From: Nageia nagi
Taxonomy: Eukaryota > Plantae > Pinophyta
DNA length: 64,000 nt
Assembly (NCBI GenBank): GCA_050084985.1
Contig: JBITNC010000002.1
Location: 8,184,001 to 8,248,000 of the forward strand
Direction: 5' to 3'
The stretch's first letter is position 1; every line of letters begins with the position of its first letter. Below the pieces are notes generated by a model. That model did no database searches, was not told the origin of the DNA, and saw nothing but the letters and a program-made list of their open reading frames with translations. The position numbers and the translations under genes were made by a program. Positions 51,801 through 64,000 of the stretch are shown one piece after another.

Positions 51801-54800
51801 TTGGCGAGACTCAACGACACTGTATGTCATTCCTATGGACTCCTTTGATTTGGTGCTAGGATAGATATTCTCTTGATTGACTTCTGTGGTAGTAATCCCA
51901 TAACTGGACAGGTTACTCATCATGGATCCCAAAGCTCCATGCATGGTGGAATTATGCAAGCCAAAGATCGTGTGTGAGACCCCCATGTTGTCAGCTATCT
52001 GCTTAGAGAAGGCAATAAAAAAGAATCAAGGCAGTGATATGTTTCTAATGGCCATGATCAATGATTAGGGTGAGAGTGAACCCCTAGACAACAGACTTCC
52101 TGAAGAGATCAGGAATATATTGGAGGAGTTTTTGGATGTTATGCTGGACAATCTACCAAAAAGCTTCCTCCATGATGAGCGATTGATCATTAGATTGAAC
52201 TCCTACTAGGTCTAAAATTGCTCGCTTTGAGATTGTATCAGCTGTCATAAATAGAATTAGTGGAACTAAAGTGATAATTGGAAGAGTTGGTTGAAAAGGG
52301 GTATATGCAGCCTTCACACTCATCGTATGGAGCTCTCGGCTCTATTTCAAAGAAAACCAAGTGGCGAACTACAGATGTGTGTGGACTATAGGGCCTTGAA
52401 CAAATAGACAGTCAAAAATGAATACCCATTGCCACTCATAGAGGACTATTTTGATAGGTTAGGTGATGCAGTTTATTTTACGAAATTGGATCTAAAATAG
52501 GGGTATTATTAGGTCCGCATAGTGAAAGGTGATGAATAGAAAACTACAGTGGTGACCTGCTATGGCTCATTCAACTTTTTGGTCATGCTGTTTGGGTTGT
52601 GCTATGCACCAGCAACATTTTGTACACTCATGAATGAAGTGTTTCGTCCATTTCTGGATAAGTTTGTGGTCATTTACCTTGATGATATTCTAGTGTTCAG
52701 TAAGACTTTGAAAGAACATAAGGAACACTTGTCTCAAGTATTTCAAAAACTTTGAGAGAACGAGTTGTACATGAAATGAGAGAAGTGCACATTTGCCCAG
52801 ATTGAAGTGCATTTCTTGGGACATATCTTGGGTGGAAGATAGATCAGGTCGAACCCTAAGAAAGTGTTGGTAATTCTCGATTAGGAACCTCCATTAGATA
52901 TTCACGGGTTGAGATAGTTTCTGGGCCTAGCGAACTATTACCAAAAATTTGTAGAGGGATTTTTCAAGATTACCGTCCCCCTTACCCAACTTCTAAAAAA
53001 GGGAACAAAGTGGTGGTTGATGCCTGCCCGATAGGAAACATTCGATAAACTTAAAGCAAGTTTGATAAGTGCACCCATACTAGCATTACCGAATTTCACT
53101 AAGGAATTTGAAGTACAAATGGATGCCTCTAAATATGCATTAGGGGGTGTTCTCCTCCAAGACAATCATCCAATGGCTTATGAATCATGCAAATTCAGCG
53201 AAGTAGAGCATAGGTATCTAGCACATGATAAGGAAATGGTCACGATGGTTCATTTTGGCAACACTATCTCTTGGGAGAGTCATTCATGATAAAAATAGAC
53301 AACATATCGAACACTTTCTTCAAGACCTCTGCAAAGCTATCACACAAAAAGGCTCGATGGGTTGACTTCTTGGCAGCGTATAACTATAGGTTCTAGTATT
53401 ATCTAGGGAAGCAGAACATTGTGGCAGATGCCTTAAGTCACAAGTATCAACTTCGCATGCAAAATAGAGGCGATCAGGAGCCCGCTCCCTAGTCTAAGAC
53501 TCAAGTGGGGAGGAGCTCATTCTGGTAGCCATTGAAAATAAAAGAAAATCTCAAGATGAAGCATGTTAAATAATGCTCACGATAGATATTATCACTTGGA
53601 TCCAATAGGGCATAGAAAAGGATCCTCAAGCAAAGGCCATGTTGGTGTCAGTACAGAATCAGGTAACCATCGAATGTATGAGTAAGTTCAAAATCCTCTA
53701 TGGAATGCTCCTATACTCACACAACTGAGTGTATGTTCCAAAGTGGGATAGCTTGCGAAAGGATCTACTAAAGGAATGCCATGACTCTCCTTGGGCTAGA
53801 CACCCTGGGCGAGACCAAACCTTAGCATTGATTAAGAGAGGGTTTTATTGGCCGAACATGTTTCAGGATGTAGAATAGTATGTTAGAAGCTGCTTTTTGT
53901 GCCAATAGGACAAAAGCAAAAGGCAAAAGCCAGCAAGTTTGCTTGAACCACTGATAGTTCTAGTAAGATCGTGGGTAAGTGTAAGCATGGATTTCATCAC
54001 AAGGCTACCGAAAAAGGATGGGTACGCAAGCATCATGGTTATAGTTGATAGGTTCAGCAAATACGCCACTTTTATACCATGTCAGCATTCATGTGAAGAC
54101 TCTTTGGCAACTTAGTACTTCTTCAAGTATGTGGTGAAATACTGGGGTATTCCTCTCAACATAGTGTCAGGCAGGGACACAAGGTTTACGAGCAACTTTT
54201 GGATGGAGTTGTTCAAGATCATGAGCACCAAATTGCTAATGTCTAGCAACCATCATCCACAAATAGATGGAAAAATCAAGTGCATTAACAAAATTCTTGA
54301 GGAGTATCTTTGCCATTATGTCTTGGTCGATTAGTCAAATTGGCCAGACCTCCTTGACATGGCTTACTTTAGCTACAACATGTAGAAGTTTGCATCTAGT
54401 AGGTTTACTCCATTCGAACTGGCTACTAGTAGGCAACTGATTGCATCGCACTTAGTACTATCAGTGTATTACCATGCGAGTCTAGTAGTGACAGAGTTCA
54501 TGTAGAATTGGAAAGAGAGGATAGATTTGGCTAGGGAATATCTTCTTCAGGCACAAGCTTGGATAAAAATAGAGGCAAATCAAGGTAGGAGACCCTTGGA
54601 GCTTGAAGTTGGCTAGTGAGTGTTGCTCAAGATTGATGGAGATTATTTCAAGTCTACATCGAGTACTTCCAAAACTCTCACAAGAAAGATACGATGGACC
54701 ATACAAGGTTTTGGAACATATCGATAAGGTAGTGTATAAGATAGAACTCCCTGAGCGTATGCACATTCACCCCATCTTCCATGTTAGTCAGCTTAAACCC

Positions 54801-55754
54801 TTTGTGGTAGATGTAGATGATCTTGGGTGGGCCGTTCCAGCTCGTCCCCCTGCAGATGTTATAGATAAATCGGGTAAAGCTGTGGCTAAAATCAAAGGTA
54901 TGCAAAAGACCGAGTGGAGAACCAATTCCAAAGTAGAGTATCTAGTCAGTTGGGAGGGTAGCACTAGTCTTGATGACACATGGGAATAGGCGAAGACTCT
55001 CTAGGATTATGAGGACAAGATCTAAGAGTATCTCTTTGAGACTTTCGTGGAACCATAGTGTCAAGGATGGTGTCCTCATATGATAGGTAGGTCAAGCCTA
55101 TTAGCGTGTGTGCAAGGTGGACTCGGATGCCGTGCACCTTGTGTAGACTACCAAGTATAGATTAGAGGGGTGGTCTGTGAACCTTTTTGCCTAGGATTTT
55201 GGTAGAGAATGCCAGAGCATTCCAGATCGCTACACGGAAGTTTGGCATGCCCACTCTGGCAGGATTAGCTTGTTAATGAGGTCATCAACATCTCTAAGTG
55301 GGGGAGAATATTAGAGGGTGCGCTTCTCATGGTGGAGCAAGGGGGCCATGCACATGTGATGGCATGCGGGCATGGCACCTTGAAGCATGGCTAGGACGGG
55401 CTGACTGGTTGGGCTGGATTAGTCACCATAGTCCCACCTTGCTGGAACGTCTAAGACCAAGAACACCTAGATAGTGGGCTAGGAGCCAACGGAGTCTATG
55501 GATTATCTATGCTTGAGGGTGGATGGGAGTGCCACGATAAGGGAGCCATGGTCGGCAAGCAAGGTGGCCTTAGGCCACTCTCCATTGGATCTCGACAAGC
55601 AGTGTATGGCCAGTTGAATCGGACCATGACCCGTCGGACGGTTGAATGATGCATGACGGAACCTTGAACGATTGGCATGGTGCGAGTTGTGTCAGGTCAA
55701 AGGCCGGGCGGTTAAGTGGGCCGGCTTAGGGGTGGCGCGACTGGCACCGTCACA
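48813..55754 (+). mobile_element. Full-length decayed Ty3/gypsy chromovirus inserted in kinase copy B
   Basis: LTRs 48813-49269 and 55309-55754. TSD CAACA (48808-48812, 55755-55759). PBS TGGTATTAGAGCC at 49272 and PPT GGGGGAGAA before 55309. Contains gag, protease (AMVDPRASNNY), RT (VIYLDDILVFS), RNase H (MDASKYALGGVL), integrase and chromodomain (EYLVSWEG...DDTWE). Confidence 0.97.
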
Positions 55755-55759
55755 CAACA

Positions 55760-57125
55760 GAACCACGGACTGCTTCATAGAGCTTATCGGGAAAGAAACT
55801 CCTCCTGGCGCCGTCGAGTCGACCGCGAAAAATTGCCGCCAGGAGTGTCTCCGTAACTGTTCTTGTACAGCCTATGCCAACGTCGGCGGCGAGACGTGCA
55901 GGCGATGGTTCGCCGATCTGATCAATCTGAAGGACGCGTTGGGGGCCATCTCCGAAAACCTGTTCATAAGGGTGGCCGCCGCCGACGTGCCGAAGAGCGC
56001 GTCGAAGAAGACAGCCGTAGCGTGGGCAGCGGGCGGCTCCGCTGCCGTGCTGGGCTTTATAGTGGCCTTGAGTGTGCTTCTTTGTTTCTTTTGCCGTCGC
56101 CAGCAAAAGCCAAGGCACTAGTCTGAATCCGTGCCGGCTTTGCTAATCGTGTTCAGCTACCGCGAGCTCCAAGTCATCACCAAGAACTTCTCTGAGAGGC
56201 TAGGCGGCGGGGGATTCGGATCGGTTTTTAAGGGAACCCTGCTGGACAAATCCCACGTGGCGGTAAAGAAGCTGGAGGGCTCGAGGCAGGGAGAAAAGCA
56301 AATCCGGGCGGAGGTGAGCACCACCGGAATCATACAACACGTCAATCTCATCCGACTGCGGGGATTTTGTTCCGAGGGCTCCCACCGATTTCTGGTTTAG
56401 GATTATATGCCCAACGGTTCCCTTAACAGCTTCCTCTTCCCCAAACTCGGTAAAGAATCTAGCACCTTGGACTGTAAAACTCGTTTCAATATTGCCCTGG
56501 GAACTGCCCGAGGAATACTTTACCTGCACGAGAATTGCAGGGATTGTATTATCCACTGCGACATTAAGCCGGAAAACATTCTCCTCGACTCTGATTTCTG
56601 CCCCAAGGTGGCGGACTTCGGCCTGACGAAATTGATTGGACGATAGTTTAGCCGTGTGCTCACGACGATAAGAGGAACAAGAGGGTACTTGGCCCCCGAG
56701 TGGGTCTCTGGCCTGCCTATCACTTCCAAGGCCGATGTCTACAGCTTTGGCATGACACTTCTGGAGATAATTGCGGTTAGAAGAAATATTAACACCCACC
56801 GGAAATCCAGCGAGATGTTCTTTACGATATGGGCCACAATTCAGATCAACGCTGGAAACACAGTGGATTTCGTCGACAAGACACTGGACAACAACGCAGA
56901 CGCGGAGCAGGTTAGAAGAGCTGCGATGGTGGCGGGATGGTGCATCCAGGACGACGAAGATGCAAGGCCGTCGATGAAACAAGTAGTGCAGATGTTGGAA
57001 GGAAACGAGGATTTTGGGGTGCCGTCCGTGCCCATGTCTCTGCAAGCCCTCGTTGCAGAGCCCAACAGCGTTGTGTGCACTGGGATAAGGAGATCGAATC
57101 TCTTTCCTTGGCCTCCTCTGGATGA
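55760..57125 (+). pseudogene. SD2 receptor kinase copy B, 3' part (PAN, TM, kinase), disabled
   Basis: Joins the 5' part in frame when the element and one TSD are removed (GGN-RTTDCFIEL). TAG stops at 56119, 56398 and 56644, and a 1-nt deletion near 57075. Confidence 0.95.
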
Positions 57126-57599
57126 TTGTCCTAGATTTACTTTGGCCGGAAGGGTCCAAACTTCACTACGAGGGGTGCAGTGCAGTCCACTTTTCACCAT
57201 GAAACTTTATTATATACGTAGTGTGGGCTTTGGATGTTATTAGCTTTTAAAATAGTTTTAAAATGTGTACAGCTTTTAAGATTATATGCAAAGTATTTAT
57301 ATTTTTTATTTACATCACATAATAGATTGGGAGGAGCATGGCAAGTACGTAAAAAGGATAAATGTTTGTCAGTTCTAAATATATAAATAAATGGTGAAAA
57401 GTGATTTTTTTAATTATTTATTTATATAGCCTTGGTAAAAAAGAATTACAATTGATAATCTTAAGATAGTAAATAGTATTTGTAGGAGTATATCATAAAT
57501 TTTTGCTTCAATCCTCATCTCTTTTTAGTAAGATATGATTGTTAACTTAAAAAGTTATCATAAGGATTACAACATACTCTTTAGTAGTATGTCGAACAC

Positions 57600-57777
57600 C
57601 TTTATTTATTTATTTTGTATGAAGAAGATGATGTTCTCACACAAGGAAGGTTTGCAGGGAATTAACACCCACCATTTATTACATTAAGCATATCCACTTG
57701 CAAGTAAGGGGGTGAGATTTGATCCTGGGGTCTTCCATGAACAACTCGAGAGATTTAAACTACCCCTCTCACCAACT
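57600..57777 (-). mobile_element. Possible tRNA-derived SINE remnant
   Basis: The minus strand has A-box-like TGGTGAGAGGGGTA, B-box-like GGATCAAATCT and an (ATAA)n tail. No TSD was found. Confidence 0.35.
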
Positions 57778-58216
57778 CCCATACACTTGCTGAATGAACA
57801 ACTTTATTTCAAATCTTATATTCTTCATAAGAATATGTTGCTTAGCTTTCCTTTGCTAAGTGCATTCATGATATATTATGATATTACATATGGAGAATGA
57901 TTCATCGGTTCAATCTAAGATAAAGGTTAGTTATTTCTCCTTTGACAATACATTTATGATATGTTATAATGTATCCAAGAAATTGAGTGGAATACTTTAC
58001 TTCCTATATATAAAAATAAGGTTGATTATAATAATAATCAACCTATAATTATTTTCTATGAAAAATAATGTAGAAATATGATCATATAATATATGATTAA
58101 AATGATGTAATATAATAATTATGATTAGACTAAGATATGTAAGGTTTAAGAAACAAGCAACACAATTCTATATGTGGTATATAGAAAATTGAAATGAGAA
58201 AGATAAGATTATCATA

Positions 58217-61200
58217 AGAAATATATTTCAATCACCATGAATCTAGTAAGATATGATTATTAAGCTAAAATTTAGAGTGAGGATTATGATATGCTTAAGT
58301 TTTCCCATAGTAGTAAGTTGAAAACCTTTATTTCAAACATTATATTCTTAGAAAGATAAGATTGTACTTTTGTTTCTTTGTTAAATGCATTCATAATATA
58401 TTATGCTATTCAACATATGAACTAAGATAATTTGCTTTAATTTAAGATAAAGATTACTTATTTCTCCTATGATTACTACATTTATGATATCCTATGACAT
58501 CCAACATATGTAGTGAGACCCTTTGCTGCTATTCCTAAGCACCATCTTCTACAAAGTTGCTTAAATTTTTTTTTCATGAAGTTAATAAAATTAAATGCGG
58601 TCATGTTATGTTCATAATCGATTGATATTATTTGATGCTAAGCATACATTCTTGATTAAGTTCTAATATCCCTAATAAAATAATAACATTCTCACTATTA
58701 TATAAAATGTTATCTACCTTTAATTTATACCTCACATTACATTTTAATTACAACATTTTTTTTAGTATCTAAGCATACTTGTTAACACCTGAAATAAAAA
58801 TAGTTTTCTATTTTACATGTCTTAAAATAATATAATAACATATGTTCTTCATTTCTATGATATTTTGTTATTTTATGTTAGCATTCATGTTATCTTATCG
58901 CACATTTCCTTCTTTTGTAGTGCAAGGATTGTTGACACTTAGTTTGGAAACCTTTATCCTATATTAGTTAGCTTATTATCTAATTGGTAATAATTTCTAT
59001 TTAAATATTATATCTTATTTTATTATCATATTAGCTAATTTAAGAATATTACCATGTTATATTCTTTCTTTTATTGTGTAAGGACCTAACATCAGAGTTG
59101 GATTCTAGGCATGCATTATAGTGGTTCTCTTGCATATAAAATGAAAAAAATCACATGGGATGATCATAAGTTCTTATCTTGATAGGATTATGTGCACATT
59201 TGAGGTGTTCTTCAACATGACCTTTTGAGTTTGAGATCATTTCTATTACATAAGCTCTAACTATTTATCTTCCAATATTATAGGCTAGGTTAAGCTTATA
59301 ACTTTCACATATACTATAGATATATGTTGCTAAGCTTGATATGTAGGTACGATGGTGTTAAACCAAGAGACTTTGTTGGATCATCTAACAACATTGCATT
59401 AAGACTTCACACACAAGATTCTATTACTAAGAAAAGCTTATTTTGACATATATAATTGATCATCCACATAAGATTATATGCATATTACCTCAAATTTATA
59501 AGGAAGGAATTTAGACTTTACCTAAGAATTTTAGAATAATTTCAAAATTATATAAAAAGTGATTAAGAACTAAGAGTTCATAAGAGTTAGAATCCAACAA
59601 TTTGGAATTAGAGATATGAGGTTTCAAAGGCTTCAAAAAGTTTCAAGAAAGGTCATTAGAGTAGAATCATGTTAATGTTGTACATAGTGAAAATAGTTAT
59701 TTGGGTAGAATCAGATCTATTTTCCCACTAAATTCTCCATCACCTCTCTTTCGTTTGATGTATTCTAATAACATGATAAAATTTTATAGACTATGGAGGT
59801 AAGGTTTTAGTGTAATATATATTATTTAAAAAGGTAAGTAAAGATTTTTTTCATCCTTATGTTTCTTTCAAATGACATGGATGTCAAGGAAGATTAGGAC
59901 ATAACATGTTTTCCCCTAAAAAACTAGAATACTTTCATCTTTCATTAATAGAAGTAGGATTAGGGTTTGGTAGTTATAAAAATGGGGGTGTTCAAAGAGG
60001 ATGATCAAATATTATGATAGGTCAGAAGACATAACTAATTACATCTCAATTGAGTGATGAACTGACCATGCTAAATGAGAAGATGATAAACATCAATATT
60101 AGCTCTAAAAAAGAGTCAAAGTTAGTCAATATGGGTGTATGATTCAATGAATAAGGAAGAAAAGACTATAAAGCTCTCTTATTAGAATTTGGAGATATAT
60201 TTTCTTATTCATTTGAGGATATGTATTGGCTAGATCTTGAATTTATGATGCATAATTTGGTTGTTCATAAAGTTTCCAAGCTACTTGAATAGAAAAGAAG
60301 AAAGATGCATCCTATGATTTCTATTTTGTTAAAGAAGGTGATTAAGTAATACCTTAAGTTTTATTTAATTGAACCCATAGATTATTCTTCATTGTTATGA
60401 AATACTATCTATGAAGCCAAATTAAGAGGTAAGGTTTTACACTGATATTAGAGACATAAATAAGGTATGTCTTACATAAAATTTTCCTCTCTCACACATT
60501 GATATGATTTTAGAGTCCACAATCATGCATGTAATTCTCTCTTTCATGGATGGTTTCTTAAGATATAATCAAATAAAAATCAATCTAAATTATCAATACA
60601 AGATCACATTCACAACATCATGAGGTACCTTTTCCTATGTTACGATGATATGTAGACTAAAAAATATAGGGGAAACCTACCAAAGTGCAATAGTTGCAAT
60701 GTTTTATTATCTCATACATCATGCTTTGGAGATATATATAGATGAAATCCTTTCAAAATCAAATAAAAAGAAAGATTATATCAAGGACATAAGGATAATA
60801 TTTGAGAGGTTGAGGAAATACAAGTTTGAGTTGAAGATTGATAAATATATCTTTGAATTTATGTTTAGAAAATTGTTAATATTTATTGTCCAAAGAAGAA
60901 AAATTTAAGTAGATTGGTAAGAAGGAAAATCTATATTAGAAATGCATATTTTAAGAAATCTAAAAGAGCTAAGAATATTATAAGATAAAGTGCAAGTATT
61001 AAGAAGATTTATTGGTCACTTGGCTAATAAAAAAGCTCTTGATAGTCATTTGCTCAAAAGGATATCAAATTTTTTGGCATCAAGAATGCCAAGAATATTT
61101 TTAAAACATCAAAATGGATCTTCTCAATCATACTATTTTAGCTCATATTGATCATTCTAAGCCTTTACATCTATATATCTTATCCATAATAAAGGCTTTA

Positions 61201-64000
61201 GAGGTAATGGTTTCTCATAAAGTTAAGGATAATAGAAAAAGGAAAATCTACTATATTTCCAAGATATTAGTAGATTATGAAATAAGGTATACTTCAATAA
61301 AGAAGTTATGTTATGACATAGTTTATGCAACATAAAAGTTAAGGAATTACATAATCATAAATACAATCTTTATCACTTCTTAAGTTGATCTTCTCAAGTA
61401 TCTTTTGCTCAAGCCCTAATTACAAGTTAGAGATGCAAAATGGATAATAGTTTTACAATATTTTGATATTATTTTCATGTATCAAAAACCAATTAAGGAT
61501 CAAATAGTAATAAGTTTCTTAGCTAAAGCTCCTTGCTAAGATTACACTCCATGCCATGAAGAATTCTATTAGATAGTTTACTTTGCTAACAAAGATGATG
61601 ATGAGTGGACTCTTTATTTCTATGATTCCAAGTCTATTAAAGAAGTCAGGGAAGTATTATGGTAGTTTCTCCTTAAGGTGGAATCATTATATGATATATT
61701 TAAACTTAGTTTTGATTGTACAAATAATAAGGTTCAATATGGGACATTGATTTTAGACATGAAGGTTGTTGTATTAGTAAAATTTAAAAAATTTAAGCAT
61801 CTATGATTATTCTTAATTAATCATAAATAAAATGAATGAGATTTACAATACTCAAGATGAAAAGCTAGTGCTTTAGAAAGAGTTAATCAAGGAGTTGATC
61901 ATGAAATACTTTAATAAGATAAAGATCAAGAATTTCCTAAGGAATAATAACATGTTTACTAATGCCGTGGCTAATGCAACCTCATTGAGAACTATCCCTA
62001 CAAAGAAAACTAATAGCTTTGGTGGTTTTCTCTTTTGAGCCTTCCTAACCTTGGTTGGATTATTTTCAACTCTTAATGGGGTGTGACCCATTCACCTACA
62101 TTGTTTTGTATGATTATATTGTATTTTTATCTTTATATAACATATAGCTTTTTCATCCAAAAAAATATTATACATTTTTTTATAGATTTTAAAATATAAT
62201 TATTTCATTTTAACAACTAATTTAATTAATTAATTTAATATTCTAATATAAGTATTGTTCAATCGAAAATATATAATTCATTTTTAATTAGTTATAAATT
62301 TTCGTAGAAAGAAATATTAACAATTGATATTTATATTATAAGAAATATTAGTTTATTTTAATTCATTTAATTGCTTCACTTATTTATTTCAATTTGCTAT
62401 GCTTTTCGATAATTTGCATTTTTCAAAATAAAGTTTTGAATTTCTATAACTTTCGTAACCAAAGATCTTATATATAAATCAAACTTATAATACTTACTCA
62501 TCAACTCTAATATTAAAATGATATAAAAAAATAGCTTCAATCTAATAGCTTGTTGAAAAAATATAAATTCAAAATCTCTAACGAAGAAGGAATCCAAGAA
62601 ATTGAAAATTTCATATCCTCACTATAATTAAACAATTTAATATAAATATCCACTTATTTATAAATTTTAAAATATAATTTTTAATTTTAACAGCTATTTT
62701 AGTTAATCAATTTTAATATAAATATTATTAAATTGATAATATATACATCATTTTTTAATTATTTATTATTTTTTTGAAAATATTAATAATTTATATTTAT
62801 ATTATATACTTATATTATGAGTAATTTTAATTTATAATAATAGAGTTGGTGAGGTTGGACTACGTCTTTATTATAACTCTCTTGATAAGACCGTCACACC
62901 GTGGCTTTCCGGCTGTACTTGAATTCGACAAACCTACTTCTTGTTATTTCTATTATTAAATAAAATCATTGTATTTAAAATGTGTGTTACCTCTGGCCAA
63001 GGGAGGCTCTTCCAAGCTGTCAAAGAGAGGGAATTCGTAGCCCAGAGAAGGTGCTCAGGAAATTACATTTATTCTTTTAGCCATTAGTCAAGTTAGTCAT
63101 TTGAATTTGTGTGTATTGACTACGAAAAAACAATCATTTTATTGTAAGGAGCGTGCGAGTCAAGTTAGTCATTTGAATTTGTGCGTTTGTTTCTGGTCAA
63201 TTGACACCGAAAAAACAATCATTTTATTCCAAGAAGAGTGCAAGTCATGTTAGTCGCTTTGAATTTGTGTGTATTTGATGCGAGATTAATGCAACCTCAT
63301 CTTTTTAAAATTCTCTCTTTATTAAAGCATACTCCCAGGCAGAGGCATGCTCCCCTCTCTCTTTTTTTTTTTTAATTCCATGCCTGCTTTATTGGTCATG
63401 TTGAGTTCTGATTCTTCCCAACTGTCTCATCCCATAGTGGAAAAGAGGTGTTAGGCTTGCAGTGAAAGCTTCCTCTTCTTCATAAGCTTTCAAAATTTGA
63501 AGCTCATTCTCCTTAAATTCTTCTTCAAACTTCATCTATTACAGAGAGGATCAAAGGAGCCCACTAAAGCTTGTAAGTTCAAATGTTTTCCCAAGAACAT
63601 GGCTTGGTTTTAGGAATTGACTATGAAAAATTTAGTTAAGTATTTAATATTATATCCCATTTGAATGGTAGGGATGAGATTCTTTTATGATAGAATGAAT
63701 CAATGTATCAAATTATTGATTACTTATAGGTTAGGACTTGCAGTAATATAAATCAAAGTTATAATACTTACTCATCAACTCTAATATCAAAAATGATGAA
63801 AAAAAATAACTTTCATCAAATGGCATGTTGAAGAAATATGAATTTAAAATCTCTACTGAATAAGGAATCCAAGCTATTGAAAATTTCATATCTTCACCAC
63901 ATTTTAACAATTTCATATAAATATAAACTTATTTATAGAGTTTAAAATATAATTTTTTTAACAACTATTTTAATTAATCAATTTTAATATTTTAATATAA
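58217..64000 (+). repeat. Segmental duplication, copy 2 (of 1779-7557), including the Tat-like pol remnant at ~60060-62000
   Basis: Near-identical sequence. It lacks the copia element that precedes copy 1. Confidence 0.97.

Noticed and set aside
19356-57125. True self-incompatibility S locus
   Set aside because: The kinases are intronless non-RD SD2 type, not SD1/SRK type, and no SCR/SP11-like small cysteine-rich ligand ORF was seen.

Overview
Plant nuclear DNA, probably a seed plant with a large, very AT-rich genome (the composition would fit a gymnosperm; that is inference only). The window is a transposon-rich cluster of intronless G-type lectin S-domain (SD2-like, non-RD) receptor kinases. 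Copy A (19356-21725, +) is full length but carries two 1-nt frameshifts at homopolymers. Copy B (47801-57125, +) is split by a full-length 6.9-kb Ty3/gypsy chromovirus (48813-55754, TSD CAACA). Two inverted kinase fragments lie between them (29.0-29.2 kb, eroded; 34.3-34.7 kb, an intact 98-aa ORF next to a W-box-rich region and a 155-nt hairpin). The background is made of one Ty1/copia family (four related ~490-498-bp LTRs, one decayed near-complete element), Tat-type gypsy, L1 LINE and PPR remnants, and minisatellites. Bases 1779-7557 are repeated at about 99% identity at 58217-64000, and the second copy shows the empty insertion site of the first copia element. The best leads are the receptor / secreted ectodomain / kinase-tail microprotein / hairpin arrangement, and hairpin arrays with compensatory base changes in the copia 3' region. 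All alignments were done by eye and none of the functional ideas has been tested.
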